DNA of 63,419 bases, filler included. It is 4 parts of 4 records of this genome, joined end to end, with 100 filler letters (N's around TTAATTAATTAA, not from the genome) between each part and the next. Parts side by side here need not be neighbours in the genome. Positions count along the whole stretch, not along the records: positions 6,467 to 37,958 come from SRR20825006_236; 3 more parts are not named here. One strand, 5' to 3'. Of the stretch, positions 19,019 through 29,253 are shown piece by piece (within the stretch, counting starts at the first letter, position 1; every line of letters starts with the position of its first letter). Below the pieces are notes generated by a model. That model was not told where the DNA came from. It worked only from the letters and a program-made list of their open reading frames with translations, and ran no database searches. The position numbers and the translations under genes are program-made.

Positions 19019-20812
19019 ATGTCAGAAAGAAAAGTAACATTTGGAAGAATATTTTGGCCGAGCCTCTGGGCTGCCTTAACGGTATCGGTTGTTGGAATAA
19101 TCATTTGGCTGGTGGTAATCGGAAGCTTCGTAAGTAGCTTTAACAATACCGATTCTGGTCAAATCAAAGAGAAGTCTGTGCTTCACATGCAGTTGAAAGG
19201 AATGATCGCTGAGCGTGGCCAAAGCAAATTTAATCCGATGAGCTTTGATATTGATAAGAAGATTGGTCTTGCTGATATCCTTTATGGACTAGAGAATGCA
19301 AAGACAGATAAAAAAGTAAAAGGTATTTTCATTGAAATTGATCAGCTTCAATGCGGTGTTGCCACAGCCCGAGAAATTAGAAAAGCAATCAATGATTTTG
19401 AATCTTCTGGGAAATTCGTCATTGCCTACAATTCAGGCGAAGCAATTTCACTTAAAGAATACTATGTATCATCTGCGGCGAATGAGAATTACGGTTTTCC
19501 TTCTTCGAATATGGAATTTTTAGGATTGGGAGCTGAATTGAGTTTCTTCAAAAACACATTGGATAAATTGGATGTTGAAATGCAAGTTATTCGTGGATCA
19601 GACAACGATTTCAAGAGTGCGGTAGAACCATTTTTCAGAACGGAAATGAGTGATTCTTCTCGTGTTCAAATTGAACGCTACCTTTCTTCACTTTGGGAGG
19701 AAATGAGAAATGACATCGCTAAGGATCGAAAATTAACACCTCAAAAATTAGATCAACTTGCTGAAAATGCTGAAATCATTAGTGTTAAAGATGCCGTGAA
19801 ATCAAAATTGATTGATGCTGCGAAATACCGTGATGAAGTGGTAAAGATTATTGCTGGTAAAGTCAACGTGAAAAAATCGGAGGATGTTCAGTTTTATGAT
19901 TTCGAGAAATACGCAAAAAAGAAATTCTATCAAGCACAAGTTTTAACGCAAGCGGATCAACCGAACATTGCCGTTATTTTGGCAGAAGGTGGTGTTTCCA
20001 AATCAGGAGATGGACTTACTTCGGATGACATTTGTGAATTGTTCAGAAAGGCGAGAAACAATCCTTCTGTGAAAACAGTAGTATTCAGAATTAACAGCCC
20101 AGGTGGAAGCGCACTTGCGAGTGACGAGATTTGGAGAGAAGTAAAACTCACCAACGCTGTGAAAAAAGTTGTCGTTTCTATGGGAGATGTAGCAGCTTCA
20201 GGTGGATACTACATCGCTGCACCTGCAAGTACAATATTTGCGGAGCCAACAACTATCACTGGTTCAATCGGAGTTTTCGGAGTAATTCCCTACACAGGAA
20301 AAATGCTCGAAAACAAATTGGGAATCACCTTCGATCGTGCTCAGACAAATAAGCATTCAATTCTAACAACAAACCGTCGATTAACTCCTGAAGAATTGTT
20401 GATGATCCAAAAAAGCGTTGACGAAATATACGATCAATTTAAAGGCGTTGTAGCCGAAGGAAGAGGAATGTCGAAAGAAGAAGTAAACGTGATTGCACGT
20501 GGTCGAGTTTGGACAGGTGCAGATGCGAAAAAAATCGGCTTGGTAGATGAACTCGGAGGATTAAAAGATGCGATCGCTTTCGCAGCGGAAAAAGCAGGAA
20601 TCAAGAAGCCAAAAGTGGTTTATTATCCTTTCGTGAAAGAAGATAAGCTTGGAGAATTCTTCGAGCAATTAGAAGAGCAAGAAAATGTTTCTGTAAAATC
20701 TTCTTCTCCTGCACTTCCAGAGGAATTAGTTAAATACTACGAGCGATTGAAGCACATTGAATCATTGACAGGAATTCAAATGCGCTTGCCTTACGAGGTA
20801 TCAATCAACTAG
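19019..20812 (+). CDS. sppA: Signal peptide peptidase SppA (67K type)
   Basis: FKSAVEPF, RINSPGGSALAS, SMGDVAASGGYY, TITGSIGVFG, GRVWTG; ATG 19019 preferred over the upstream TTG. Confidence 0.95.
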   Translation: MSERKVTFGRIFWPSLWAALTVSVVGIIIWLVVIGSFVSSFNNTDSGQIKEKSVLHMQLKGMIAERGQSKFNPMSFDIDKKIGLADILYGLENAKTDKKVKGIFIEIDQLQCGVATAREIRKAINDFESSGKFVIAYNSGEAISLKEYYVSSAANENYGFPSSNMEFLGLGAELSFFKNTLDKLDVEMQVIRGSDNDFKSAVEPFFRTEMSDSSRVQIERYLSSLWEEMRNDIAKDRKLTPQKLDQLAENAEIISVKDAVKSKLIDAAKYRDEVVKIIAGKVNVKKSEDVQFYDFEKYAKKKFYQAQVLTQADQPNIAVILAEGGVSKSGDGLTSDDICELFRKARNNPSVKTVVFRINSPGGSALASDEIWREVKLTNAVKKVVVSMGDVAASGGYYIAAPASTIFAEPTTITGSIGVFGVIPYTGKMLENKLGITFDRAQTNKHSILTTNRRLTPEELLMIQKSVDEIYDQFKGVVAEGRGMSKEEVNVIARGRVWTGADAKKIGLVDELGGLKDAIAFAAEKAGIKKPKVVYYPFVKEDKLGEFFEQLEEQENVSVKSSSPALPEELVKYYERLKHIESLTGIQMRLPYEVSIN

Positions 20813-20838
20813 ACTTTCAGTTTAAATAAATCAATCAG

Positions 20839-20875
20839 AAATCCTGCTGCGAAATTTTCGTAGCGGGATTTTTTT
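20839..20875 (+). terminator. Rho-independent terminator after sppA
   Basis: AAATCCTGCTGCGAAA / TTTCGTAGCGGGATTT plus T-run. Confidence 0.8.
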
Positions 20876-20929
20876 GTAACGATTTATCGTCGAATTACTT
20901 ATATTCGGTACAGACCTTAATTCTCTTCT

Positions 20930-23212
20930 ATGAAAGCATTACTCTCTACTCTTTTCCTCTGTTTTATTATTTCTGGTTTCTCGTATGCTCAAGATCGCGA
21001 ATTTCTATACTCCCTTGCTGTAAAAACAACCAAGGGAACTCCTGACGTGAATCGGGACGTAGTATTCATTGAAACTACTTCTTACGAGCATTTACCGCTT
21101 AAAACGGATAATCAAGGGAAATTAACGCACACTTTCACCTACGGAAGTTGGGTTGGATCTATTGGAGACATGCGAAATTGTATAAAAATTGAAGGGACGC
21201 GAAGAGGTTCGGCGAATGATGTTTTTACGTATGACCCTGAAAATTATGCGTTGCAAAATAAATCTGTCCCCGATCGTAGAACCATCGATTTTCTCGAAGT
21301 AGCTCAGGATAGAATTAGCCCGATGGAAGAACCAACGGCGAAGGAGACGATCCTCAACATTGTTTTACAAGATCGATCGAAAAAAGTATATCCAGGCGTA
21401 GAAGTCAAACTCTGTAATTTTGCGACAAAAACAATTTATACTTCTCGCACCAACAACAGTGGGGCGGCAATGTTTAAAATTCCCGTTGGATTAGAATACG
21501 AAATAGACATTGATGGCGTAGAATCTATCCGAAGACTTGCGCTTTCTCCCCTTCCGATGAATACAACGATGAGCATGTTGTATCAACCGCGCGATTTCAA
21601 GGAGAAAAAAGAGGATAAATTTATTGTTCAAAATGCCACGAAAGATATCAAGCCTAGTTCTTCGCACGCGAAAATAAAACTAAAAGTGCGGGGTGGAGAA
21701 AATGGCGGAATTAATGAAGACGTTTACGTTCGCATGCTGAAATCGAACGACGTGTATAAAGTGAAAACGAACGATCAAGGTGAAGCGATACTCATGCTTC
21801 CTATCAAACAAAAGTATTTCATCGATTTTACTTACCAACGCGATGCGAGTCAAATAGATCTTTCTCAGGTAAAAGGAATCGCGGAACAAACGATTTCTGT
21901 TTTGTATACTCCTGATCCCCGCTTACAAAACATCGAGAACTTTATTCCAAAAGTAAAAGACCTCGTCGCTTACGACGTTCAAAATTTTGTAGATAAGCAA
22001 TATCCGGAGCCTGTGAATGGCAATATTGATTTCTATTTGAACTGGGGAAATAAATTCAATAGTCAATCTAAAGAAGCCTTGCTCGAAATTGGCTTGAAAG
22101 TTAAATCTAAACTCGGAAGGAAAAATCCAACTCCGCTGAACATCTGTTTTGTGGTGGATAAAAGCGGTTCCATGATGGGCGAAGATCGAATAGATGAATT
22201 GAAAAAAGCGATGATTCTTTTTGTTCAACAATTAGAAGAAAATGACATCGTTTCTGTGATTGTATTCGACGATCAAAGTACCGTTGCGGTTCCTGCAGCT
22301 CCAATTGGAGATAAAAAGAAGGTCATTGATATCATTTACGCCATAGAAGCTGGTGGTGGAACGGTTATTTACGATGGCTTGGAACTTGGGTTCAAGGAGG
22401 TTGCGAAGAACGCTTCAAAAGGTTATGTGGATCGTGTAATTCTACTCACAGACGGTTATGGTTCTCGACCACCATTAGAAGTCATCGCCATGGCGAAATC
22501 TAACATAAGTAAAGGAATTGAACTGTCGGCTGTCGGTGTTGGCACGGACTACAATCAGGAATTATTGTCGCAATTGGCCTCTGCGGGTGGAGGATTAATG
22601 CATTTCGCAGGAACTGGAAGCAATATTCAATCAGCATTCATGAACGAGCTTCAATCCATTCTTTATCCTATCGCAGAAAAGGCAATGCTCGAAGTGAAAT
22701 ACAATGACCAAATTGTGTATCGTCAATTGTTCGGTTATTCGCAAGAGAAAGTGACTTCTGGCAAGATGACCGTTGCGATTCCTCATCTCTTCCCTGGACT
22801 GAATGAAATGGCGCTGATAAAGTTTGATTTAATTAATCCAACGAGAGAAATTATCAATGAAAAAGTGGTTGTTACCCTCAGTTACATCGATCCAGACACG
22901 AAAAAAGAAGTTCGAATGGAGAAGAAAATTCATCCAGAATGGACAGACGCCACAGGTGAATTGGACATGAGCCTCGACAAAGAACACAAAAAAATTCTCG
23001 CAGTTGCCATCGCCAATCAATCTATGAAAGTGATGGCGGAAAACTATGAGAAAGGAAACAAAACCGAAGCGGAAGAAGCAGTTAGACAGTCACTCGATCA
23101 GATCAATAAACTATTTCCAAAGGCGAAATCGGAAGAAATACTTGCGTTGGTGACGAAGCTTACTGAATATGTGGATGCATTCGAAACTTTAAAAACATTG
23201 AAATTGTATTGA
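20930..23212 (+). CDS. Secreted von Willebrand factor A domain protein (YfbK-like C-terminal VWA)
   Basis: Signal peptide; MIDAS DKSGS; 'GGGT', 'ILLTDG', 'GVGTDYN'. Confidence 0.85.
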   Translation: MKALLSTLFLCFIISGFSYAQDREFLYSLAVKTTKGTPDVNRDVVFIETTSYEHLPLKTDNQGKLTHTFTYGSWVGSIGDMRNCIKIEGTRRGSANDVFTYDPENYALQNKSVPDRRTIDFLEVAQDRISPMEEPTAKETILNIVLQDRSKKVYPGVEVKLCNFATKTIYTSRTNNSGAAMFKIPVGLEYEIDIDGVESIRRLALSPLPMNTTMSMLYQPRDFKEKKEDKFIVQNATKDIKPSSSHAKIKLKVRGGENGGINEDVYVRMLKSNDVYKVKTNDQGEAILMLPIKQKYFIDFTYQRDASQIDLSQVKGIAEQTISVLYTPDPRLQNIENFIPKVKDLVAYDVQNFVDKQYPEPVNGNIDFYLNWGNKFNSQSKEALLEIGLKVKSKLGRKNPTPLNICFVVDKSGSMMGEDRIDELKKAMILFVQQLEENDIVSVIVFDDQSTVAVPAAPIGDKKKVIDIIYAIEAGGGTVIYDGLELGFKEVAKNASKGYVDRVILLTDGYGSRPPLEVIAMAKSNISKGIELSAVGVGTDYNQELLSQLASAGGGLMHFAGTGSNIQSAFMNELQSILYPIAEKAMLEVKYNDQIVYRQLFGYSQEKVTSGKMTVAIPHLFPGLNEMALIKFDLINPTREIINEKVVVTLSYIDPDTKKEVRMEKKIHPEWTDATGELDMSLDKEHKKILAVAIANQSMKVMAENYEKGNKTEAEEAVRQSLDQINKLFPKAKSEEILALVTKLTEYVDAFETLKTLKLY

Positions 23213-23283
23213 GTCGTTCAGCGTTGTTTGCTTCAACTAAGTACGAAGGAACTTGGTCGCATTTGAGTAAGGATGATAGAATT

Positions 23284-24015
23284 TTAGGGATTGAGCGCTT
23301 CCTTCAGCACAATGGCTTTTTCACGGTTGTAGGAATAACCTGACTTCACATAGTGCTCTAGGAGTTTTTGTGCACTTTTAGCATCATCATTTTTCAACTG
23401 CGCAAGTATCAAGTACCAATTGATCGTAGGAATATACGCGCTTTCCACTCCCGAATCAAGAGTAGATTGGAGCAGTACTACTGATTTTTCGGGTTGATTA
23501 TTTTCGACATAGCAAACGGCAAGGTAGATGGTCACTATCGGCAAAGAATCGCTTGAAACTTGTTCAAAATAAGGTATTGCCAAGGCATAATTTCCAGCAT
23601 TGTACTGTTTCATTGCTATTTCTAAATCACCATTATCGCCTTGACTCATTTGTGTAATTCTATCAGGATACGGAGCGAAGTATTCTGCGGCTAACTCAAC
23701 AGAATTGGTAGAATTCGACGTTTGTAACCAGAGATAAGCCGGCACAGAGATCAACGCTAAGATGAAAACAGCAGCGATAACTTTTCTCCACGGAAAAGAA
23801 GTAGTTGCACCACGATGCAGTTGATGAATCCGTTGGCGTTCCAGATCTTTCGCACGTGCTTCGAGTAAAAGACCTAAACCGCGCTGAATTTTCACTTCTT
23901 CCTGCAGAAGCGGATCTTCGGAAAGTGTCTTCTCAAATGCCATTCGTTCGACATCCGATAACCTCCCACTTAGATAATTTTCGATTACTTCCGTTCTCTT
24001 TTCCGTCTCCATCAT
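23284..24015 (-). CDS. Putative anti-sigma factor: N-terminal cytoplasmic domain, one TM helix, C-terminal TPR-like domain
   Basis: 'IENYLSGRLSDVERMAFEKTLSEDPLLQEEV'; TM 'VIAAVFILALISVPAYLWL'; TPR-like 'AMKQYNAGNYALAIPYFE', 'WYLILAQLK'; ATGA overlap with the sigma gene. Confidence 0.75.
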   Translation of the reverse strand: MMETEKRTEVIENYLSGRLSDVERMAFEKTLSEDPLLQEEVKIQRGLGLLLEARAKDLERQRIHQLHRGATTSFPWRKVIAAVFILALISVPAYLWLQTSNSTNSVELAAEYFAPYPDRITQMSQGDNGDLEIAMKQYNAGNYALAIPYFEQVSSDSLPIVTIYLAVCYVENNQPEKSVVLLQSTLDSGVESAYIPTINWYLILAQLKNDDAKSAQKLLEHYVKSGYSYNREKAIVLKEALNP

Positions 24016-24605
24016 TGCAGATAATTTAATAAGTGCTCCTTCAACGATTGATTCGACGCGACATGCGATTTAAGTGCAGTCAAACACTTATTTTTCTTAT
24101 TCATAGCTATTTGCGCATTCTTATAGGACATGTGTAGAGCAATTTCGGTCATGGAATAATGCATACTCCACAATTCCAGTACTTTTTTACAGCTTGCTCC
24201 GATATGTGATAGAACCGCTTCTAAGCTCAATTTTAAATCGCCGTAAAGTTCCTTGATCGTATCTTCTTCCGAAGCTTCATCCAACTGATCATTCCAATCC
24301 GCGTGTTTCTTTTCTTTACGCAGGTGTTTGAGCCAAAGTCCTTTGCAGATGGAAAAAAGATAGGTATTCAAGCTGCTTTCACCGCGAAATGCTCCTTTTC
24401 TCACATTGAACAACAATTCCATAATTCCCTCGATCAAAATACTCGAAGCCATTTCTCGATTACCACTATTCTTCAATACATAGCCATAAATGGGAGATTC
24501 ATTCTTTTTAAGTAAGAACGAAATCACCTTGTCTTCCGACGCGCCTCCTTGTTTGATTCCTTCTATAACTTCCTGATCAGAATATGTTCTAAATAATCTT
24601 GGCAT
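24012..24605 (-). CDS. ECF-type RNA polymerase sigma-70 factor
   Basis: Region 2 'SSLNTYLFSICKGLWLKHLR'; region 4 'CKKVLEL..YSMTEIA..MSYKN..AMNKKNKCL'; ATG 24605 lies downstream of the promoter motif. Confidence 0.88.
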   Translation of the reverse strand: MPRLFRTYSDQEVIEGIKQGGASEDKVISFLLKKNESPIYGYVLKNSGNREMASSILIEGIMELLFNVRKGAFRGESSLNTYLFSICKGLWLKHLRKEKKHADWNDQLDEASEEDTIKELYGDLKLSLEAVLSHIGASCKKVLELWSMHYSMTEIALHMSYKNAQIAMNKKNKCLTALKSHVASNQSLKEHLLNYLQ

Positions 24606-24658
24606 AGTTTGACAAATATACGCGTTTCCGTGCGCAGACTTTTTTTTGATTTCAAAGG

Positions 24659-24688
24659 TAAGTCTCTCGAAGAAAGAAACCCTAACCA
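24659..24688 (-). promoter_or_regulatory. Putative ECF promoter for the sigma/anti-sigma operon
   Basis: Minus strand TGGTTAG-N16-AGACTTA. Confidence 0.6.
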
Positions 24689-24711
24689 ATTAGAAAAAAA
24701 TAATTTGTTTT

Positions 24712-24741
24712 TGGTTAGATTTAGCCGTCGAATTGCACTAA
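24712..24741 (+). promoter_or_regulatory. Putative ECF promoter for the PKD/DUF7619-like gene
   Basis: TGGTTAG-N16-GCACTAA, 15 nt upstream of ATG 24757. Confidence 0.7.
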
Positions 24742-24756
24742 CGATGGATAATAAAA

Positions 24757-26193
24757 ATGAATCCTATGTTTAAACGTTTAATTACATCTTTGATAACCGC
24801 ATTTTTACTGATTTTTAGCGGTTTCACGCTCAGTCAGCAGTCCGTGCAACACACTCCAGGAAATCGCGATAGATTTCAAATTACTCCGGCATTTCAACCC
24901 ACAAATCCACGGTCGGTATTTACCACTTTATGGTGGTTCGGCGATGGTGGTTACCGAATAATTCAGGGGCAGGCTGCAGCCCATTCATTCCATAATCCTA
25001 GTCAAATCAAAACCAACTTCCCTCCCTCGTCCTACAAAATTTTCGGAATTGTTACCGAAAATTATGGAAATACGGGACCTCCACCTGTGGTTGGTGTAGA
25101 CATTAACTACGGAAATTTAAGTCAGCCATTTGTTCCAAGTTTGCCGAAAATACTGAACGGCGTAACGAATTCAAATTATATCGACATTCGCAACTACCGT
25201 GATGCTGTTTTAGGTGACATTGTATATTTTATTGTGACTTACGGAAATCCTGAAGGTGGGAATGTTCTGAATCCTGAAAGCTATATCACCCTTGATTTTG
25301 GGGAGCACTCCGCTGATTTTGAGTACGCGATGAATGACAACACACGTCCCTCATTTTTGGCACATTGCGAATCATTTGCAGGAAACACGCACGAATTGAA
25401 ATGGAATATCGGATCGCCAATTAATCCAGGTGAAGAGCGGTCAATGTTACTTCCATTTAGATACAAAGGTTCAGAAAAGTCGGGAAGTTTTCCCGTTGCG
25501 ATAACCTTTCACCGTTCGGATTTAGTTCCTTCTCCTATTTTCACGGAAGAAACGGCATCGATCGCAATGAAATTTAGCGGGTCCCACGATCCGAATAGAA
25601 TTGAAGTAACTCCCGAAAACACCGACTGTGTCGTTGGCGGTAAAACCCTCAACTACAATATTCACTTTCAAAATGTGGGTGAGAAGGAAACACGTTATGT
25701 AAAAGTGGAAGTAAGCCTTGATGAAATGCATGATTTGTCAACGATTCATTTAACACGACTTCCGCACGGTATGTCCTTAAATCAATCCAATGCGCTTGTT
25801 GGATTTCCTTCAACTATTTCAAATACCCAAGCAAATTATTGGATCGATCAGAGCAATCACAAAGTGATTTTCGAGTTTCACAACCTAGTCCTCAGTGGAC
25901 TGTCTGATACGCTCTTAAACGATCCCGCTACAACGAGAGATATGTTTTCGTTTGAAGTGAAAGTGAAAAATAATTACGTGATTGGTGAAGATATAACGGC
26001 AAAAGCAGCCATTATTTTCGATGAAAACGATCCTGTAATCACCAATATTGCTGTTTCGACGTGTCCCAACCCTGTTTTGACTAATGAAAAGCCGTCAAAA
26101 TGGTGCGGCTGTTGGATTGTATATATTCTATTAGGAATTATTGTACTCTTACTTTTACTCCTGTTCTTGAGTCGAAAAAAGCAAAAAAAATAG
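24757..26193 (+). CDS. Exported PKD-like / DUF11-DUF7619-like protein with C-terminal membrane anchor
   Basis: Signal peptide; 'WWFGDG'; 'GSHDPN...LNYNIHFQNVG...AAIIFDENDPVITN'; C-terminal TM plus 'SRKKQKK'. Confidence 0.75.
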   Translation: MNPMFKRLITSLITAFLLIFSGFTLSQQSVQHTPGNRDRFQITPAFQPTNPRSVFTTLWWFGDGGYRIIQGQAAAHSFHNPSQIKTNFPPSSYKIFGIVTENYGNTGPPPVVGVDINYGNLSQPFVPSLPKILNGVTNSNYIDIRNYRDAVLGDIVYFIVTYGNPEGGNVLNPESYITLDFGEHSADFEYAMNDNTRPSFLAHCESFAGNTHELKWNIGSPINPGEERSMLLPFRYKGSEKSGSFPVAITFHRSDLVPSPIFTEETASIAMKFSGSHDPNRIEVTPENTDCVVGGKTLNYNIHFQNVGEKETRYVKVEVSLDEMHDLSTIHLTRLPHGMSLNQSNALVGFPSTISNTQANYWIDQSNHKVIFEFHNLVLSGLSDTLLNDPATTRDMFSFEVKVKNNYVIGEDITAKAAIIFDENDPVITNIAVSTCPNPVLTNEKPSKWCGCWIVYILLGIIVLLLLLLFLSRKKQKK

Positions 26194-26210
26194 CCTAAAA
26201 AACACTTTTT

Positions 26211-26243
26211 AGAAGGACTTCATTGATGTGAGGTCCTTTTTTT
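26211..26243 (+). terminator. Rho-independent terminator
   Basis: AAGGACTTCA / TGAGGTCCTT plus T-run. Confidence 0.75.
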
Positions 26244-26301
26244 GCGTTGAGTTGTACAAACTAATTGTTTATTTTCGCAGTGCATTTAAAACGGTGTTTG
26301 G

Positions 26302-29070
26302 TTGTTGAAATCCCTGATTCTTGTCGCTTTAGTCTTTGTTTCGTTAGCGACAAGTGTTGCACATGCGAATGCCCCCATTGATGCACTAAAGCATGAAATT
26401 CAGACCTATCGGAAGCAAAAGAAACTAGAGCTTTGGATCAATGCGCACAAAGCAATTGCGAAGCAGCACTTGGCGTCGTTGGAATATAAAAAAGCAATCT
26501 CTATTATTGATGAAATGGAGCGCACGAACTGGCGCAAACCTTCAACTCAAGCAGAAAAAATAGCCTGGTGTTGGGCAATTACGAACAGAGGTTATGTCAA
26601 ATCAGAAGGAGGCGATTATTTCGGAGCAAAAGAAGATTATCTAAACGTATTAATTGATTTTGAAGCATTCAATTATTTGGACCTCAATGTAATTAATCAC
26701 GTATATCACCCATTGGGAAATATTTACACTCGATTGGGAGAAAATGAGCAAGCCATTCGATTGTTGACTAAGTTTATTGAAGCAAACGTTACTGTCGACA
26801 ACAAACATTTCATCGGTTTAGGCTATAATGATTTAGGATTAGCATTCGCGAATAAAGGAGATTTTATAAGTGCGCTTGATTGTTACAACAAGGGCTTACA
26901 ACTTTCTGGAGAATCCAATGAAGCGAAAGGATTACTCGCTTCAAATGCTGCCGCTGCATCACTGAACACCGAAGAATATGACACCGGAATCCGCTTCGCG
27001 ATGAGCAGTCTTGCTTATTTTTCACGCATCGAAGGAGATTATCGAATCATGGGATATCAGGCTGGTGCGTATATTTCACTTGGAATGATTCTAACCAAAA
27101 AAGGTGACTTTGTAGAAGCCCAGCGCAACTTCATGCTCGCCGAGAACAAATTAACGGTGTGTCTACCGGAAAGGCAACACAGAACTTGGGGTAAATTATG
27201 TTTAGCCCGCGGAGAGAATCTTTTGAAACAGGGAAATCCAAGTGAAGCGCTTGCACATTATCAATCGGCACTTAAATCTGTCATTATTCGCTTCCATCCA
27301 ACATCGGATCATGAACTTCCGAACATTTCTCAATTATATCCCGAGGTAATTATTTTGGAAGCGCTGCTGAAGAAAGCAGAAGCCTACCGTGTTTTTGGCG
27401 AGAAAGAGAAGATGAAGGGCCATTTAGAACATTCTTATAGACATTACGAATATTACTTTTTGGCTGAGGGACTTTACAGAAGAGAATATACGAATCTCGA
27501 TTCAAAGCTGTCATTCATTCGAGAATTACACGATACTGGTGAGGAGGCACTTCAAGTAATCACATCACTTTATGCGCTTTCAAAAGATGAATCCTGGTTG
27601 CTGAAAGGTGTTTTATTGACAGAAAAGACGAAAGGGATTCTTTTATCCGAGTCAAACTTTGACAGTGCACTGAAAAATCGGCAATCATTACCAAAGGAAA
27701 TCCAAGAGTTGATTCGATACAGAAGTTATTCAGAATCCATTCAAGCGCAATTGTCCAAAGCGGGACTTAACAACGAAGGTGCTTCCATGAAATTTCTGAA
27801 AGAGCAGGACTTTCAATTAAGTCAAGAACTATTGCTTCTTACGGAGATTGTAAAGAAGAAATATCCCGCCATTTATAGAAATATGGCGACAACAAACTCC
27901 TTTGACACGCGTGATTTTGACCGTTTCATTCGTAAATTTCCCGTCAACACCATCACCTACTATTTCGGCAGTCAAGATGTGTATTGCTTTGGAATTATTA
28001 AGGGAAAAATTTACCTACATATTGAGTCCGTTTCGGAGACCTTAAGTAACCGCTTAAACATACTTAGAACACAATTAGCGACACCTGATTACGGTGCATT
28101 CACTTCCTACAAACGTGCTGCTGTTGGCTGTTATTCAGCTTTTATAAAGCCTTTTGAAACGTATCTTTCACAACACGAGCTACTCATTATTCCCGACGGA
28201 CCGCTCGCACTTTTGCCGTTTGAAGCATTTGCGAAAGGAAAAGGAACCAATTTCAAGAAACTAGATTACCTCGTCAGAAATTATGAAATCAGGTATGCTT
28301 ATTCTATGAAGCGTTTGATGAAGCCTCATCACCAAAATCAATTCAAAGAAAATTTTTTAGGCATTGCTCCACTCTTTAAAAATGGTTCAGAGTACGCTGA
28401 ATTGCCGTATTCGGAAAGTGAAATCAACGCAGGATTGAAATTGGGTGGAATTTCCTTGTTGGGGAAAGATGCGACGAAGAAAAAATTCATTGCGAACGCA
28501 GCCTATTATCGTATCCTTCACCTTTCAACACATGCGACAACGTGGGACGAGCGCTTCCATCAAGCTTCCATCGCTTTTTCTGGTAAAGACCCAATCAATA
28601 AACGTCACCTATTGACTTCCGAGTTAGCGACGCTCGATTGTGCACCTGAATTAATCGTTCTAAGCGCATGCGAAACTGGCTCGGGCGATTATATGAAAGG
28701 CGAAGGAGTAATGAGTTTGTCTAAAAGTTTTGCGCAAACGGGGAGTCGAAATATTATGGGATCGCTCTGGAAAGTAAATCACGCAGCGAACAGTGAAATT
28801 CTAAGTGATTTTTATAAAAGATTACCTGCAAACAACCCAAGTAAAGCGCTGACCTTCGCGAAGCGCCAGTATTTGAGCAACGAAAACGTCGACGAATTTA
28901 GCGCGCACCCACATTATTGGTCAAGCATGGTATTGGTAGGCTCGAATCAACTTTCGCTCAACACCCATATTTCTTGGGGGAATTGGTGGATACTTGGTGG
29001 CTCCACGGTTGGAATTTTTCTGCTGATCGTCCTAATTAAACTGAAACGAAGAGCACAATTGTCCAAGTAG
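26302..29070 (+). CDS. TPR-CHAT (caspase-like clan CD) protease with signal peptide and C-terminal TM anchor
   Basis: TPRs; CHAT motifs IIPDGPLALLPFEA, ILHLSTHA (His), VLSACETG (Cys), GEGVMSL, SLWKV, HPHYWS; TM 'WWILGGSTVGIFLLIVLI' plus KLKRR. Confidence 0.93.
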   Translation: MLKSLILVALVFVSLATSVAHANAPIDALKHEIQTYRKQKKLELWINAHKAIAKQHLASLEYKKAISIIDEMERTNWRKPSTQAEKIAWCWAITNRGYVKSEGGDYFGAKEDYLNVLIDFEAFNYLDLNVINHVYHPLGNIYTRLGENEQAIRLLTKFIEANVTVDNKHFIGLGYNDLGLAFANKGDFISALDCYNKGLQLSGESNEAKGLLASNAAAASLNTEEYDTGIRFAMSSLAYFSRIEGDYRIMGYQAGAYISLGMILTKKGDFVEAQRNFMLAENKLTVCLPERQHRTWGKLCLARGENLLKQGNPSEALAHYQSALKSVIIRFHPTSDHELPNISQLYPEVIILEALLKKAEAYRVFGEKEKMKGHLEHSYRHYEYYFLAEGLYRREYTNLDSKLSFIRELHDTGEEALQVITSLYALSKDESWLLKGVLLTEKTKGILLSESNFDSALKNRQSLPKEIQELIRYRSYSESIQAQLSKAGLNNEGASMKFLKEQDFQLSQELLLLTEIVKKKYPAIYRNMATTNSFDTRDFDRFIRKFPVNTITYYFGSQDVYCFGIIKGKIYLHIESVSETLSNRLNILRTQLATPDYGAFTSYKRAAVGCYSAFIKPFETYLSQHELLIIPDGPLALLPFEAFAKGKGTNFKKLDYLVRNYEIRYAYSMKRLMKPHHQNQFKENFLGIAPLFKNGSEYAELPYSESEINAGLKLGGISLLGKDATKKKFIANAAYYRILHLSTHATTWDERFHQASIAFSGKDPINKRHLLTSELATLDCAPELIVLSACETGSGDYMKGEGVMSLSKSFAQTGSRNIMGSLWKVNHAANSEILSDFYKRLPANNPSKALTFAKRQYLSNENVDEFSAHPHYWSSMVLVGSNQLSLNTHISWGNWWILGGSTVGIFLLIVLIKLKRRAQLSK

Positions 29071-29253
29071 GAAATCTTCCGTTGCGCGATTTTCCATTAT
29101 CTAATGTACTGTTTTCACAAGTTCGAATCTAAGTAAGTTCAACAATAATTCCCATTTCAATGATAAAATAGTGGCGGATAGAAGTATTTCTCACTATTAT
29201 AAACAACTGACTCACAGCCTATTAAAAAAATATTTTTTTTAAAAACACATTCA

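Noticed and set aside
20875-20908. TGTAAC-gatttatcgtcgaatt-ACTTA upstream of the VWA gene, partly resembling the spacer of the 24712 motif
   Set aside because: Lacks TGGTTAG, spacing differs, and a housekeeping-like TATATTCG overlaps it; not counted as a fourth ECF site
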